Under the pieces are notes generated by a model, which ran no database searches, was not told the origin of the DNA, and saw only the letters and a list, made by a program, of their open reading frames with translations. 64,000 nt of DNA from positions 19,220,001 to 19,284,000 of the forward strand of contig OX597816.1 in assembly GCA_951406725.2 (NCBI GenBank). The letters run 5' to 3'. The DNA comes from Octopus vulgaris (Eukaryota). Shown here one piece after another: positions 23,199 through 37,793 of the stretch (position 1 is the stretch's first letter; each line of letters starts with the position of its first letter). Position numbers and translations under genes: made by a program.

Positions 23199-24058
23199 AG
23201 AATGAAAAAGAATGTATGAGGTGAATTCATGATCAGCGATATTTTGTGAGTAAAAGTATTTTGTGGAACGTAAAAAGCTTCTGAGTTCTGTTACTATATT
23301 TAATAGCAGTACTGCTATAATGCATGCAAGAAAAGGGAAACGTTAAGAAGGAATCCACTATGTGTAAAAGCTTACTCCAATTTTTCTGCCTGTTAAGAAA
23401 TACTTTTGTGTAACATCATTAATATCACTTTTTGCGACAAGTTGTAAGGTGTCTACACCTCTGAGGTTTAGAAAACTTTTGTCCTTTATTTGCTATTTTC
23501 AGCAGAATGAATTTATCAGATACTTCTATAATTTTTCCTACCTAAGACGCATTTGTGAAATATATTTGAAATAGACTTCTGCTGGAAAACAATAATAAAC
23601 ATTCTACCAATCTGGAATATTGTAATATAGATTACCTTAGGGTTAGATGTGTGTAAATTGTTGAAGATGAGAGTAGAATACATGAAGAAAGGAAATCTCA
23701 ATACGTTGAAACGAGATGTTCTTTGCGAAGAATAATATTCGATTTTACAGAAAAAAACAACAGAAAAGTGTTTGAAAAAGAAAATTCACAAGATATTTCA
23801 GATACGAGAATGTATAGAATATGTAAATGAAATTCATGTACTAACATACACATGAATTCAGTATTACCAATGTTTGTACCTACCTGTCTTCCTATCATTC
23901 GGCCGATATACCAGTCAGTAAATTAATCAATAAGTCGATCAATCAATCAATCAATCAATCGATCAATCAATCTATCCATATAACAATCTAGCTAGCTAGC
24001 TACTTATTTAACAATAGTGTCCCGTGCTTATAGATGTTTGTCTTTACATATGTATATG

Positions 24059-24093
<35 letters not shown>

Positions 24094-24258
24094 CATGTAT
24101 ATATGTATGTATGTGTTTATGTGTGCGTTTATATGTATGTACGTATATGCATATATATATATATTTGTAATATATATATGTATATATGTACACACACGCA
24201 AACGCACGCACACGTTAACGCACACACGCGTTAACACACATACACCTGTATGTATGTA

Positions 24259-24314
<56 letters not shown>

Positions 24315-24929
24315 GGGTCGAAGGGATTGATCATATATACGTGAAGAAAATACAATAAAAATTTGTGAAATTGTTAAGAAGCGAAGCGATTTGAATATCG
24401 AATGTGAGCAAGGAGTGTGATATACCATATTAATTTACATAGCCCTTGACGTGAATAAAAATATATGATAGAATGAAAAAAATATATTTAAATCTATTAA
24501 ATTAATACTACAAGACTATGATATATATATATATATAAATAAGGCAGAAGTATTCCTGAAGTTTCCGTAAGGAATATTGACGTAATTATGAAGAAATCAC
24601 ATCCTATTTGGTGTCAAAATTCAGTTTTAGTAAAGAGAACTGTTTTATTAATAACGACTCAGACATTAAGAAGGAAGTTGAAAACATGACTGTGAACTTA
24701 TGCGATAAGGATATTAATGATAAAAACAACTAAAACAACTCTAAATAGATAATATAGAAGCCTGAATAAGGTGTCTTGTTGTCGTAGCTGCATAATATTA
24801 GTATGACCTGCATACTTACTATATCTTACAGCGTCAATGTTCATTAAATTGTTATTTTAATATCTTTATTAGGTATCGAATTGTCATAATCATTAACACA
24901 CCGTATAAAATTCTTTGCGATATTTCATC

Positions 24930-25005
24930 ATGCCCTTTACATTCTGAGTTTAAATCCCTCTGCGGTCAAATTTGCCTTACGGTGTCCATACAATAAAGGA
25001 CCTAT
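24930..25005 (+). mobile_element. Decayed SINE family B fragment
   Basis: ttacattctgagtttaaatccctctgcggtcaaatttgcctt resembles the B-box/core junction. Confidence 0.5.
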
Positions 25006-25879
25006 ATTTACTTATATGAGCTTTGACAGTAATATCCTAGTCATCAGTCACAACCCTACGAATATTTTGCCAATATTTTCTTACCCTTTTCTCTTATATA
25101 ATTTCAGCGTAAAATACAACTAAAGAACAAAATTATTAATATCGCTTGTGTCGATAAAGATATCTATCATTAACAACAAGGTGCAACGTCAATCGTACGA
25201 AAAGCTTTCATAAATATCAACGGTTCTACTATATTTCTTTAAAAGTTATTATATTAAACTTATGTGAAAACACAAATATTTAAAATAACTTCAATTAATT
25301 ATAATTGTATGATCATAATAAATACTTATGCAAAATATATATTTTTAAAGATAATTAATTTGCCCAAACAATGACGCTAGAATGACATTATATTGTGTAG
25401 GATGAGTTAATTATCAATAAACAATATTATGCTTATGCACAGTCTATAACTTCTAAATGCTCTCATTGTTTTACTTGATTTTGTTTTCTATTGCAGCCTG
25501 GATAGAATTCAACAATTTACAATTGCAAGAATGGAGCACACGTTTGCAGACAACTCAGAAGATAAAAAAAAACAAGAAGTCAACCACTCAAATGTTGTTT
25601 CATAAATATTAAACTTTGGAAAGAAACAATCCCCAATTTTTTGCTGGTAAGCTTGGATTGTAATAGACTCAAAGTAAAATTAGCGAGTCTATTCTCTTCT
25701 GCCTTATATTGTTGTGTCTTTAAAGCTGATATATTGAATATAAGGATACGATTCTACAGGCAACGAAGTGAATTTCGTGAGGTGAAGCTACAAAAGCGGT
25801 GTGGCAGGAAATGTGAAAACATCATCTAAATCGGGAAATAATATCAAAGAAGGGATAAAATGCAATTGCTATTCAAGAA

Positions 25880-26150
25880 GAATCACATCTTCCCAAGAAT
25901 ATCTCCGTTCTTAACAATAAGAAAGAAATTTACAGAAATTGAAAGATCTCAAGTAAAGGAATTAAATTCAGCTTATTCCACAGATCTCCATTCATTTGAC
26001 CATTGGATCTTTATGATCGTCGACAAGAAAATACGCTCTTTAGGAAATAGTAGACTTACTAAAAATTCCTTTGCTGCTCTTTCTCTGCTCTTATAGATTC
26101 CTCTGAAAATGTATCTGTGTCTATGAGTCTAGTTTGAAGATTATAATTGG
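25880..26150 (+). pseudogene. Decayed mariner transposase C-terminal remnant
   Basis: SAYSTDLHSFDHWIF resembles the mariner motif PPYSPDLAPSD(Y/F)xLF. Confidence 0.4.
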
Positions 26151-26339
26151 TATCAAAAAGTCAAATAAAATATTTTGCTCTTAAATATCTGGGTAATGAA
26201 ATCCCAAAGAAAATAATTATGATTTATGCTTTTTCACTTGATATGGTTTAATACGGTATAAATAAAAATGTCTTTTCATGATGAGTTTGCGATTGTGCGT
26301 TCGTTCCACATGTTTCACACTTATTATCGATTTATCAAA

Positions 26340-26530
26340 GACAACGAACTGGCAAAATCCTTACCGGTTATTTCACCTGTCTCTTCGTTCTGAGTTCAAA
26401 TTCTGTCGAGGTCGACTTCACTTTTTATTCTTTCGGGGTCGATTAAATAAGTACTAGTTACACACTGGGTTTAATGTAATCGAGTTAATCTCTTCCTCAA
26501 GCTACCCTTGTGGCAAAAATTGAAATCATT
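26340..26530 (+). mobile_element. Diverged SINE family B
   Basis: gaactggcaaaatc...gttctgagttcaaattctgtcgaggtcgactt...ctttcggggtcgattaaataagtactagtt. Confidence 0.8.
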
Positions 26531-27101
26531 ATTATCTATGTATCTTTTATCAGAGGAAAATAAGAGAAGAATAGTCTTATCCACATTATATAACAGAAAA
26601 TTTCTTGTATGAACCTTTTCTTTTTGTTCATATTCAATGCAAATAGTTTTGAAGATGTCCATAACACACATTATGAACCCCTCCAAGATATTCTATTAAT
26701 GACAGGCATAATTTCTAATATAATATATAAATATTTAATCGATCAATATTTGTAAGGTGCCTGCATAAAGCTGGTCGTTAATTAAGTATCAATTTCTAGA
26801 AAAAAACAATATTCTGTTACACACACATACCCTTTTGACAGTTATATGAAATTATAATTATCTTGTTTCCCGCTCCCAAACTTCAGACAATCGTACTTTC
26901 GATAACATGAAATAAAGATATATTGATTATAATGTAAGTTTATATATGACAGTGACATATAAAAACGTAAGCCAAATATTTTCACAGCAATATCGTCTGG
27001 TGTTTGTAGAGGCGCCTTGAATAAAGGAATAAACAATTGAACGCTCTGCACACACGCATACAAACTCACTACAAATCAACACAGACATACACACATATAT
27101 A

Positions 27102-27666
27102 TTGGGTTGTCCGGAAAGTTCGAGCCAATTTATAGTAGCTTACATTTCGACTTGTTTTAGAACATGGTTGAGTCAATAAAATAGGATTTGACTACACCTA
27201 CATTTAGAACACAGTTTAAGCTATCTGTTAGTGGAAGAAGGTTTATGTTCCTACAACCTGTGTTAATTCTGTAACTCTTTAAAATGGAAGATAAGAAAGT
27301 TCATTTTCGGCACTTGATGCTTTGGGAAACAGAAAAAATTGCTGCAACTCGGCAGGGATGTGTTACCCCACCCTCCATATTCCCCAGATATTGCTCCTTC
27401 AGAGTTCCACTTACTCAGGTCTCTGCAGAATAGTTTTAATGGTAAATATTTCAGTTCCTTGGATTACATAAAATGATACCTTGATGAATTCTTTGTCATG
27501 AAACTACCTCAATTCTGGGAAGAGGGTATTTTCAAGTTAAATGAAATATGGGGACGCATTTTGCAGCAAAATGCTTCATATTTGGTTGATTAAAAATGTA
27601 ATAGCAAGTGTTTATTGACCTTTTTCTTTCCTTTAAATTCCGGCACGAACTTTCCGGACAACCCAA
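27102..27666 (+). mobile_element. Internally deleted mariner transposon (565 bp)
   Basis: TA TSD and TIRs ttgggttgtccggaaagttcg / cgaactttccggacaacccaa. N-terminus MEDKKVHFRHLMLWE (ATG at 27284) is fused to the C-terminus KLLQLGRDVLPHPPYSPDIAPSEFHLLRSLQN...GIFKLNEIW. Confidence 0.93.
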
Positions 27667-29889
27667 TATATACATGAACACACATATACCTAACTACACA
27701 CACACACATACGCACACACACACATACACACACACATACACACACACATACACACACATACACACACACATATATATATATATTTATACAAATACATTGC
27801 ATCATATTTTCGAATACGCACATACACAAACACGTTTATGTATACATTTACATATAGTATAGTTATATGTGGATGCGTGTATGTACTTGCAAACAGTTAC
27901 ATACTTATGTTTATGAAATCTATTGAATGAAATTTTTAGGCTCGAATAATATGCATAATGCCAAATTGTTTTTGTTTTGAGGCAGGCTAAATGAGCTAAG
28001 TGCCAGAAACAGCTTCCATGCTGTTGAATTACTCATAATGTAAAATTCACCGTGTTCACGAAATACTGATGTTTACAAAGCTTACATATTTTGAAGACAC
28101 GGCACACATTTAGAAAAAAATACAGAACAATTTCTTTTAAGATAAAACTTTTATAAGCTCGTCTGCTGGAAACAATCTTATCAGTTGCGGGTAAGCTGAC
28201 AATGAAACTATAATCCTTCACCTAAACAAATACAAAAGAACAATAGAAATAGATTAAAAATAAAAGAACTAATAATGTATCAATACCGAACAAAGTCGAT
28301 TTGACAGTACAAGGTGAAGTACTTCCTGCCTTTTATTATGGGACTTACAATATGTTTTATTTTACTGTTTTTCTTATCTTTTTCGATATTTTGGTTACTG
28401 AAGATTACAATTGATTGTTTCTAAGAAGTGATTTAATATGACAAGGCTTTTAGAATATTTAGTTCTGAAGATGGTTTTAGCGTTTAGTTCAAAGTCGTTT
28501 TGTATCATTTGAAAATAATAATTCTCCGGAAAAGAACCGAAAAGGATTATTGCAAAGATAGTAGCAGGACTGTTCAGATAATGTCAGCAACTAACGAGTA
28601 AATTGGATATTAATGGAGTGTAAGAGAGCAATTTCGGAAGATATCTAGAATAAGAAGGAAAAAAATACATTTGCTGTTTTCTAATGCTTCTGAAACTTGC
28701 ATTACTGTGATTGATAACGACGGTTTCGTAATGCGTTTTAAAATCTCAACGGAAGTTCTACCTGAATGATAGAAACAGTAGCTATTAACTGAATGACAAC
28801 ATTTTTCTTTACATTTCGTTGGAAATTTTCGTGTAAATTGAATCATATAGCAGGAGAGAATATTCTTTAATTGTGTGGGTGATTCTCCTGTCTGTGCTAT
28901 GATATTGATCTGTATCTCAGTACATTTAACAGTAAAGTTATCTGTTGAGTGAATTAGATGGTTACGTTGAAGAGACGAAGGACTCAATTCTCAATTAACC
29001 AAAACATAAATCTATATTGTCTGTATGTCACTGGTCGTGAATTAGTGGTGTTTCTTTTATAAAATGAAATAGAGCAGCCTTCACTACCTTATATGTTTTA
29101 CTCCATATATTAATTATTACAAAACTGCTACGGCATAACATACGCTCTAGTTTCGATTAAATATCAGTTAACAATTTTTAGTTGATTAATGGTGTAGAAT
29201 GTTGTTAGACATGCAATTTATGGGCATAAAGACGTTTTTAGGCACATGTCGCCATAGAATTTCAATTAATTACAAAATAGATTTTACATTATTTAATGTA
29301 CATACCTTCCTAATAAGTTTCAATGAAACAACGAAAACATCATAATTAATATAAGTAATATAAATATTTGATAAGTAATGCTGGAAAGAGACGCCTATGT
29401 TATTAAATAAACAAAAAGGATATATATCTGGTGTACATTTAAGAGAATAAATGAACCATTAGTTCGAATAATCATAAACGCCATCTGTGAAATGAACAGT
29501 TTAAACTTTCTGTTTAACCTGAGGACATAGTGGCCTAAATGCGCTAAAAAACCTTTACACTGTAATTTGCCTTATGATTTCTGTAAAATATACTGAAAAA
29601 TCTATCACAAATTTGCATGCATTTTTCATCATATGATAAATATTTTATAGGATCCCAAAACTGTCAAATAAACCCGGTGAGTGTGTCAATGGATATATTT
29701 ATTTATTTATTTCAACCTTGGTAGTTAGTGCCTTATCTCCTATGAATCTTAGGGCCACTTACCACATTTCCATGAGGTATAGTTGACTAGCATATCAGTA
29801 TTCCCCCTTAATAGCACGCCAGTTTTATTACAAATTATGACTTGTTTTTGCTATTACTTGTTACTTCTTTTAAAAATAAAAAAAAACAA

Positions 29890-30025
29890 CACTCTCTCTA
29901 GCACGCCAGTTTGATTCTGGGTTCCATAATTATAGGTGAGTGAACAAGCGGAAATAAAGTGTTTTCCTCAATAATACAACGCACTGCCCTTCGTCCGGGA
30001 TTCGAGTCTATAATCTTGCAAACAA
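29890..30025 (-). mobile_element. Decayed SINE related to family C/D
   Basis: aagtgttttcctcaataatacaacgcactgccc...ccgggattcga resembles aagtgttttgctcaagaacacaacgc...ccaggaatcga at 5118-5165. Confidence 0.5.
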
Positions 30026-30425
30026 GGACAAACAGTAGACCTTTGCATATTATACGGTGCACATTTGGTAAAAACCAGTCCGAGGTAAGCTTTTCTGTGT
30101 TGTGTTAGCTGCCGGTTCTCCTAACAAAAACTTCGGTCACGGTACATTGTGAAGGAGGATTGACTTTCCAGTGTGAAATATTTAGTGTTATCCAGATCAA
30201 TGATTATAGTAAATAACCTTCCGTAATGAAGGATACTCAGGAAAAAAAATTGACTTTCGTTTCCTTAAAAAATTGTATGCAGCAGTTTCCGTCTGCTTTC
30301 CTCTGAATTACACGGACACTTTATTTCGGGGAGTATTCACACTGGATAAACATTCTAACAACACAATTGCCAGAATCAACATGCAAAAAGATAAATCTGT
30401 ACGCATATATGTATCATTATATGTT

Positions 30426-30480
<55 letters not shown>

Positions 30481-32744
30481 TGGCACTCCGGAGACTAGAT
30501 AGCCTTCTAGTGTTATGTCTAGTTATGATTGATGTTATTTCATTTCTAGCTGCAAATGACAGACTGAAGATTTAGAAAGCTATAACACTAAAACTCAATT
30601 AAAATCGCACAACTATAAAACATATTAATGAAACCATATCGATATAAATAATATTAACTCAATTTTTTTTTAATCTCCTTTAGTCCTAGGATGAAACCGG
30701 GCTGGAATGATTTGATGCGATTTGACTTAATTCAAAACAGACGAAGCCCCAGTTTTCTTCCCTTCACTAGTGTTAAGTAGAGATCATTGACGATAAAAAA
30801 ATGAGTGACAAATAAGATTTCAATATATCCCTAATCACTTCGCTCTGTATCTTAAACTAGCCACATTTCAATAACGCAATCTAGTTCGTTGCGAACTTCC
30901 TGTGCTCGATATTCTTGAATGATGGTATAAAATATATATAGCTGGGTGGCACGTGCAAATGCACATGCTCTGTGCAGCAGAAGTACTTTTCGTTCATTCT
31001 AACCAAATAATTTTCCTGTATGACCAACTGTAAAATAGAAGAAAAATATTGATGACATACTTGCCTCCATATTTATATAATTGTTTAAAATCAACACTCA
31101 TATTACTACTAACAATCAAGGGAACTGAAGCCGGAATTACTTGACGGTTAAATTATAGCATTGCTTATACATAGCGATCATTAGTGCTTCGTACTAGACA
31201 GTACGGTTAGTCATCTGAAATATATTAAAGAGTCGCCCGGCTATTTCTATCCCTATTCACTCACAATAAGTCATTCAACTACGGTAGTTGTATAATAATC
31301 TTAAGAGCGCAATTTACTCACACGCAACATCTTTCAGAGATTTTCGCTAATTCACTTCTTAACTGAATTAAAAACTGTTTAAAATATCTGAAGAACACTA
31401 GTCCCTACCTACATTTTAGTATTAAAAAATTGAGATTTGTTCTAGTAGAAAAAAGTTTACATCAAACTTTGTAGCAACGTTGTAGGAAAGTAAGTAATGC
31501 CTTCAAACAAGTTTATATCTAAGTAACTTTCTTTAATTTAAAAACAAAATACATTTATCGTAGCTTCAATTGATATGGAAAAGCCTGAAGAATTTCATAG
31601 TTTTGATCCCATACAAGAAAACATCGTATCAAAATGTTTTGAGTTTAAAAATTATGAAAACAAAAAACGAATAAGGCAAACATTTCGACTTAAGTATAGT
31701 TAACAGTTTTTAATTAAGGTTAAATGATGAAATTGAATTCGAGGAATTTCATGGTATCAATCTCATGCAATCAATGAAATTTTAAAAGAAACAATTTTGA
31801 GTATTTTTTTCTCAAATTCGAGGGTTATAATATAATTCTTTGCTTTTATATGGATATAGTTCTATAAGGGGTCCTTTAGTATGTCACCGGTATCATTGAG
31901 GTAAGGAAAAAATTATCATCGCCGTCGCTAATTGACACATTTGACACATTATTAATTAGCATAATAGCATAGACTGGAAAACGATGGATTACATAGACAA
32001 ATGCGAGCAAGAGTAATAACATTCTTAAGATTATAAACTTGGAAAAGTTCAGGACAAGTTATTACAGCTGGTAAAGTACAGAACAAGAAAAGTTTTACTT
32101 AAAATATTGCAACTTAGGATAGAATTTCAAATAAAATATCTAGATTTAGAAAATATTAGCTTTTCTTAAAACTGAAAAAAAATATTACAAGTTATTGCTA
32201 CTTTTCGCTATTGATTGTTACTTCTTTTAAAATTAAAAAAAACAACACTATCATTGGTTTTTGGTAGGAGCCCGTACTGAAAGGCAGGCCCATGAGAAGC
32301 TAAAATTTTGTTTCCAGCAATATAAGGAAACAGTAAATGAACGCTCAGTAATGTTGGAAATAGCTGACCAGTTGAATAAAATCCGCATAGAGTACTAGAT
32401 TGGGATAGATATCTTTTGTTATAAGAAATGGTAATAAGTCCATGATATGTAAAATTACTGAGGAACTTGTCCAGAACGAATATTATATACAAACTGGAAA
32501 TGAACAGAAATTCAACTATTCAATGATGAAGGTCTTGTGAAATTTAACTGCAGCTCAAATGCATACATTTTTGTAGTACTTGTTGCTCTCCTTGGAAATA
32601 AATTTGATTATTTTTGTTATGCGTATAAAGGTATTCTTCTGAATCTATTTTTTAAATATATTAATGTATCTGTGTGTGTATGTGTGTGTGTGTGTGTGTG
32701 TGTGCGTGCGTGTGTCTGCTATGAATCATTTCTATTGATATACG

Positions 32745-32897
32745 GAATAAATCTAATCAGTTCGTGCTAGTTACTAGTACATACATCCTTGAAAGTTTCG
32801 TTTGAATCCATCCAACGGTTCTTGGGATATCTTGTCCATGGTCAAATACACCCGAGTGTAACTGTACCTCCGCCTTTGACAAGGCGGATGTAATAAA
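32745..32897 (+). mobile_element. 3' fragment of a Helentron-associated (HINE/DINE-like) element
   Basis: aaatctaatcagttcgtgctagt...aatccatccaacggtt...cctccgcctttgacaaggcggatgtaataa matches 60245-60392 and has a terminal hairpin. Confidence 0.7.
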
Positions 32898-35179
32898 ATA
32901 GAGTTAAACTCATAGTAATCATGTTATAGAACTTCGATGATAGATATTTTATGAGTTGAAAAACGAGTATTAATTGTAAACCATGAATGTAAATGAGTAG
33001 ATAACACCAAGATTATTTAATTAATAGATATATCTTCACATGCTAATATACCCTAAACATAATATTTTTGATAATGTTACGTAATTTTTAAAGATTCACA
33101 TCAATTATGTATACCTCTATGTGTACTATTTCAAATATTTTTAATATTCTCTTTCATTAGTTATTCATTAAGTCATATATATTTATTTTTTGATATCCTT
33201 CCATACACTTTAATTTCGTGACTTCAACATAATGTGCAAATAATGAGATATTTAATTTGCATAAATTTTACATTTCCATAGATCACATCTTGTACAAATG
33301 TGTTACGATCTACCATTTGCCATCAGTCACGTTTTTTTTCTTTTATTCAGGAAATGATGCTTTGATTAAACAGATTTTTTTCTGAGATACTTACTCAATA
33401 ATACTTCTGCTTATTTTTTGTCGTAAAAATTCATGATGTTTAACGATATGTATTTAGAAGGGAGCATCGTAAAATTTGTACATCCTATGATATGAATATA
33501 TTCTTACCGATTTAATTTTAAAATTTAATTTGCGGTAGCTTTTTTTGCAAATAATACTTAAGCAGCCATGTCTATACATAAGAATTCACTTTCATTAATT
33601 ATCTAGGCTACAGTTGCTGAAAACGTCATCGGGCATATGCTTACAATGTTGCCGTAAAAATGGGGATACGGATATATCACGTCGATCAAATTAGCACGAA
33701 CCCTTTGGGTACACCGAGAAGGAAATGACTAAATAACATCCATAATGTATGTTGATCAAGTTTATGAATCCAATCAGATAATGTAGTGACGATTGATTCT
33801 ATATAGTTGATAGATTCTGGCATGATTCTGTGACGAAACGACCATCCGAAGAGTGAGCGTAGAAAATGAATGGATCGAATAGAGAAAGATGTGCAAGGGA
33901 TATGATTTAATATTCTCCACCGAAGGGACAGAGTAATTTTCGATTTGAATATTTTCTATTTCACATTGTTCTATTGTTATGTGTACCCATAGAAATTGAT
34001 TCAATTATTGGCATTTATGTTACCATTTGTTTATCTCACCTACTAACTCAAATGAACAGTGTTAATATTGGAAATAATTTCAAGAGGTATCATCAAATAT
34101 AAGACAAAATGACATTCAGGGTCATTCTTTGCAATTATAAAATTTCAATGTAAATTGTTGAATTTTGATTAATAGCACATTTCCATACTACCGTTGAAAT
34201 GCAAATTCTCTTCCTTTGATATTATAATGTTCTCTTCTATTTATTCTGAAACGGTTATTTTATTTCAATATGTAGGTAACATTTATCTTGAACATATAAT
34301 ATCTTCTTGTGATTCAATATATTTTCTTTGAAATTTCTCTAATTTATATTAAATTTCTATTCTTGGAAACAATGTTTCGTGTTACAAAAATATAATTTGC
34401 TTTCGTAGATAAACAGAAAAGAATTTCAGACGTTGATTACGTATTCAAAAATGTCACAAGGGAATGGATATATATGTTTTGCTTTTTGTTTTTTGTAATT
34501 ATGTTTACGATGATATTTGTTGCAAGTTGAACTTTCTTGAAACTATAAACTCACATAGAAATGTAAAACAAAGTGAACGAAGCAAATGAAGAAATCAAAA
34601 TATCATTATATCTAACTCTTGAATACTTTTCAAAAGGAACATGGTTTGTTTTCAAACTTTACTGCTTAATATTTCAAGGCATGCATATGGAATATTCAAC
34701 ATACGTATTTAGGTAAATGTATAAACGAATTCTCCTAAACAAGTACCTTCATAAAATCGCTCACCTTTCAATTGCAATAATATGGTCGACAATTCGGTAG
34801 CGATAAACACTCTGCATCTAAATGACATCTACCCTTAAACATTATAGGTACTTACATAAATGTTGACTGTTAATCTTCAGTTCATCTACGCCCCACATGA
34901 TTTTGCATACACAGAATTACATCGTTAAACGAGTCCTTACTCTTGTGTAGGAACATTTTTTAAATACTAAACTAGTAACATTTGGAGTCACGGTTCCTAG
35001 CTATAAAATGCTCAAATTTGCTAAAGCGCTGACAGAGGCGGTTCAACATCTTAGAAAAATCTGATACATCGTCGGGAAATCAGAAAACTACTTTGCAAAG
35101 CATGAAAACTGCAATAAATGGTGCCAAATATATCACAAAGAAAATCATGATTATTTATTTAACCATGATTCAGTGTTGG

Positions 35180-35372
35180 TTTCAAATATTGACATAAGCT
35201 CAGCTATTTCAGGAGAAGGCTAAGTCTATGAAATCGAACCTTGTGCTCAGCTGGAAGAAATTTTGTCAACGCCGAAGGAAAGAAAGGCAAAATCTGCCTC
35301 GGCGGAATTTGAAATCAGTACTGCAAAGACATTTTCCCGTTTTGCTAACTATTCTGCCGGCTCACTACCTCA
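35180..35372 (-). mobile_element. Diverged SINE family B
   Basis: aaaggcaaaatctgcctcggcggaatttgaaatcag...gctaactattctgccggctcact is the reverse complement of core and head. Confidence 0.7.
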
Positions 35373-35860
35373 GCAAGAGTTAATATAAACAACGCTAGAA
35401 AGAGCATATATTTAGCAATGAATTGCGATCACCTACGAAGTCTCTGATAATTGACAGCCAAACTTCCTAAATATAAATGTTAACGTCCTCGAGGAAGAAT
35501 TAAATATAAGTAAAACAATATAAAAGACTCCCTTAGATGTAAAAGTATTCTAGACAAATTTATGAATAACAAACTTAGAATGCTGACACAAACATTTTTT
35601 CATCACATAGAATATTTTAAACAACCGTAAATATATGAAAATTTTCTTCATGTTTATAGCATAAAATTCACAAAATTGCTATGAGAAAATGCAAATCCTT
35701 TGAGAGTGGACAAGTGAAGGAAATATCGCATATTGAAAAGTTTTGTCTGCCTATATTTGAATGCATTAGTAACAAAGATATTTCTGCATTTATGGTTATG
35801 ATTGTACTAGCAACAACAATGAAAAAAATACACACACATATATACATAAATACATACATT

Positions 35861-35891
<31 letters not shown>

Positions 35892-35949
35892 TGAAGGATA
35901 TGTATGCATGAATTTATGTATAAATTTATCTATCTTCCTATCTTTCTGT

Positions 35950-35994
35950 ATATATGCATATATAAATATATATATGTATATATATATATATATA

Positions 35995-36085
<91 letters not shown>

Positions 36086-36134
36086 GTATACACACACATA
36101 TATATATGTGTGTATATATATATATATGTATATA

Positions 36135-36184
<50 letters not shown>

Positions 36185-36185
36185 C
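35950..36185. repeat. Interrupted (TA)n microsatellite
   Basis: Direct reading. Confidence 0.95.
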
Positions 36186-37039
36186 AGAAGAATGAAAACA
36201 TAAATATGGATATACGGTACAGATATATTTAAATTAAATATTCATTCTACATATGCTTACTTAGATGACGTAAATATATATGTGTGTCTATGTGCGCGGC
36301 GTGTTTGTGTATGGGCATACATCTATAAGCAACATAATAACAGGATTATACACGAGTTTCTATTTCTGTATCCAACAGAGACAGCCCTTCGCTGTTTATG
36401 TGACTTTATTCAGCATAACTGTTAAAAGAGAGATTCAACATCGTATGTAAAAAAGAATTTTACTCTCCAAATTTTGACGAATTCTATAACATTTACATTC
36501 CTTCTTCGAAGCTTTTGGTCATTTTTTACTCATCCATATGATTTTGTCTTATGTGTTATAAGTTTCTTATAGCAGCATCAGACGTTGTCCAGTAATTTAT
36601 ATGCTTTTCCCCCCTCATTAAATTAAAAAAGCGGTATTATATTTGCGTATATTCTGTTGAATATTTATATAGCATTTCTCCATAACTTCAGGCTGTACTC
36701 ACACGAGATTTTCTCCTCATATTCAGTATAACTACACTTCCCCCACCAAGCACCACTCCAGAATCACTATGCTAAGCTGCTATATTCTGAAGATTTTCTA
36801 TCCTTTGTTTAAAAACCACAAACGCAACACCACCCCTTTGGATAATTAATGGCTCTGATCTACACTGGACAGAGACCCTGCCTTTATACCTATGGCGTTT
36901 TTCATGACTTACTGCACAACTTTGCCTTTCCTACTCATTCTACATACCTAAGTAGCTATATATGTATATGTATATGTGCAAATTTAGTCGTGAATAAGTA
37001 AATGTATACCTCTATATAATTTTATAATTGTATATATAC

Positions 37040-37085
<46 letters not shown>

Positions 37086-37101
37086 ACATACAAGTACACA
37101 A

Positions 37102-37155
<54 letters not shown>

Positions 37156-37175
37156 TCTCCTCTAACCATAACCCA

Positions 37176-37231
<56 letters not shown>

Positions 37232-37255
37232 ATATATATTTATATATATATATCT

Positions 37256-37482
37256 ATTAGGCATGATAAAAAAATATTCAGACAAATACATAACAAAAAC
37301 ACCAGGACTTACAAACACATATAACATACAGAAAATTGCACTACTAGGCACTGCACACATCCTACGCAGAACACTTTCCATACAATAACCATCAGAGCAT
37401 CACAACAAATCACAGCACATACCCAAGGCACACAGAGCTGCGCTCGGTAGTGAAGTGAAAGCACGCTATAAAAATAAAACTA

Positions 37483-37485
<3 letters not shown>
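37256..37485 (+). mobile_element. 230-bp 3' end of the same R4/Dong LINE
   Basis: Essentially identical to 3968-4203 (one short indel in the A-rich tail) and followed by (AAT)n. Confidence 0.95.
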
Positions 37486-37518
<33 letters not shown>

Positions 37519-37717
37519 CAACATCATCATCATTATCATTGTAAGTCACTAGCTATACCAAATTGAATGACGAGCTTCAATTGGGTGGAAATATAAATAA
37601 AAGTTAAAAGAAAACGGAGACAGAACGGTCATAATCTATTAATGCTACAAGCTATGAAACATTCTACGGAACTCAATTTAGAAATAGAATAAGGGATAGA
37701 TATATTTAATGTTTCAT

Positions 37718-37793
<76 letters not shown>

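Noticed and set aside
28610-28987. 125-aa ORF, possible transposase relic
   Set aside because: No identifiable motif.
30925-30965. TATA box plus E-box (tataaaa...cacgtg) promoter
   Set aside because: Such motifs are expected by chance in AT-rich DNA and there is no linked exon.
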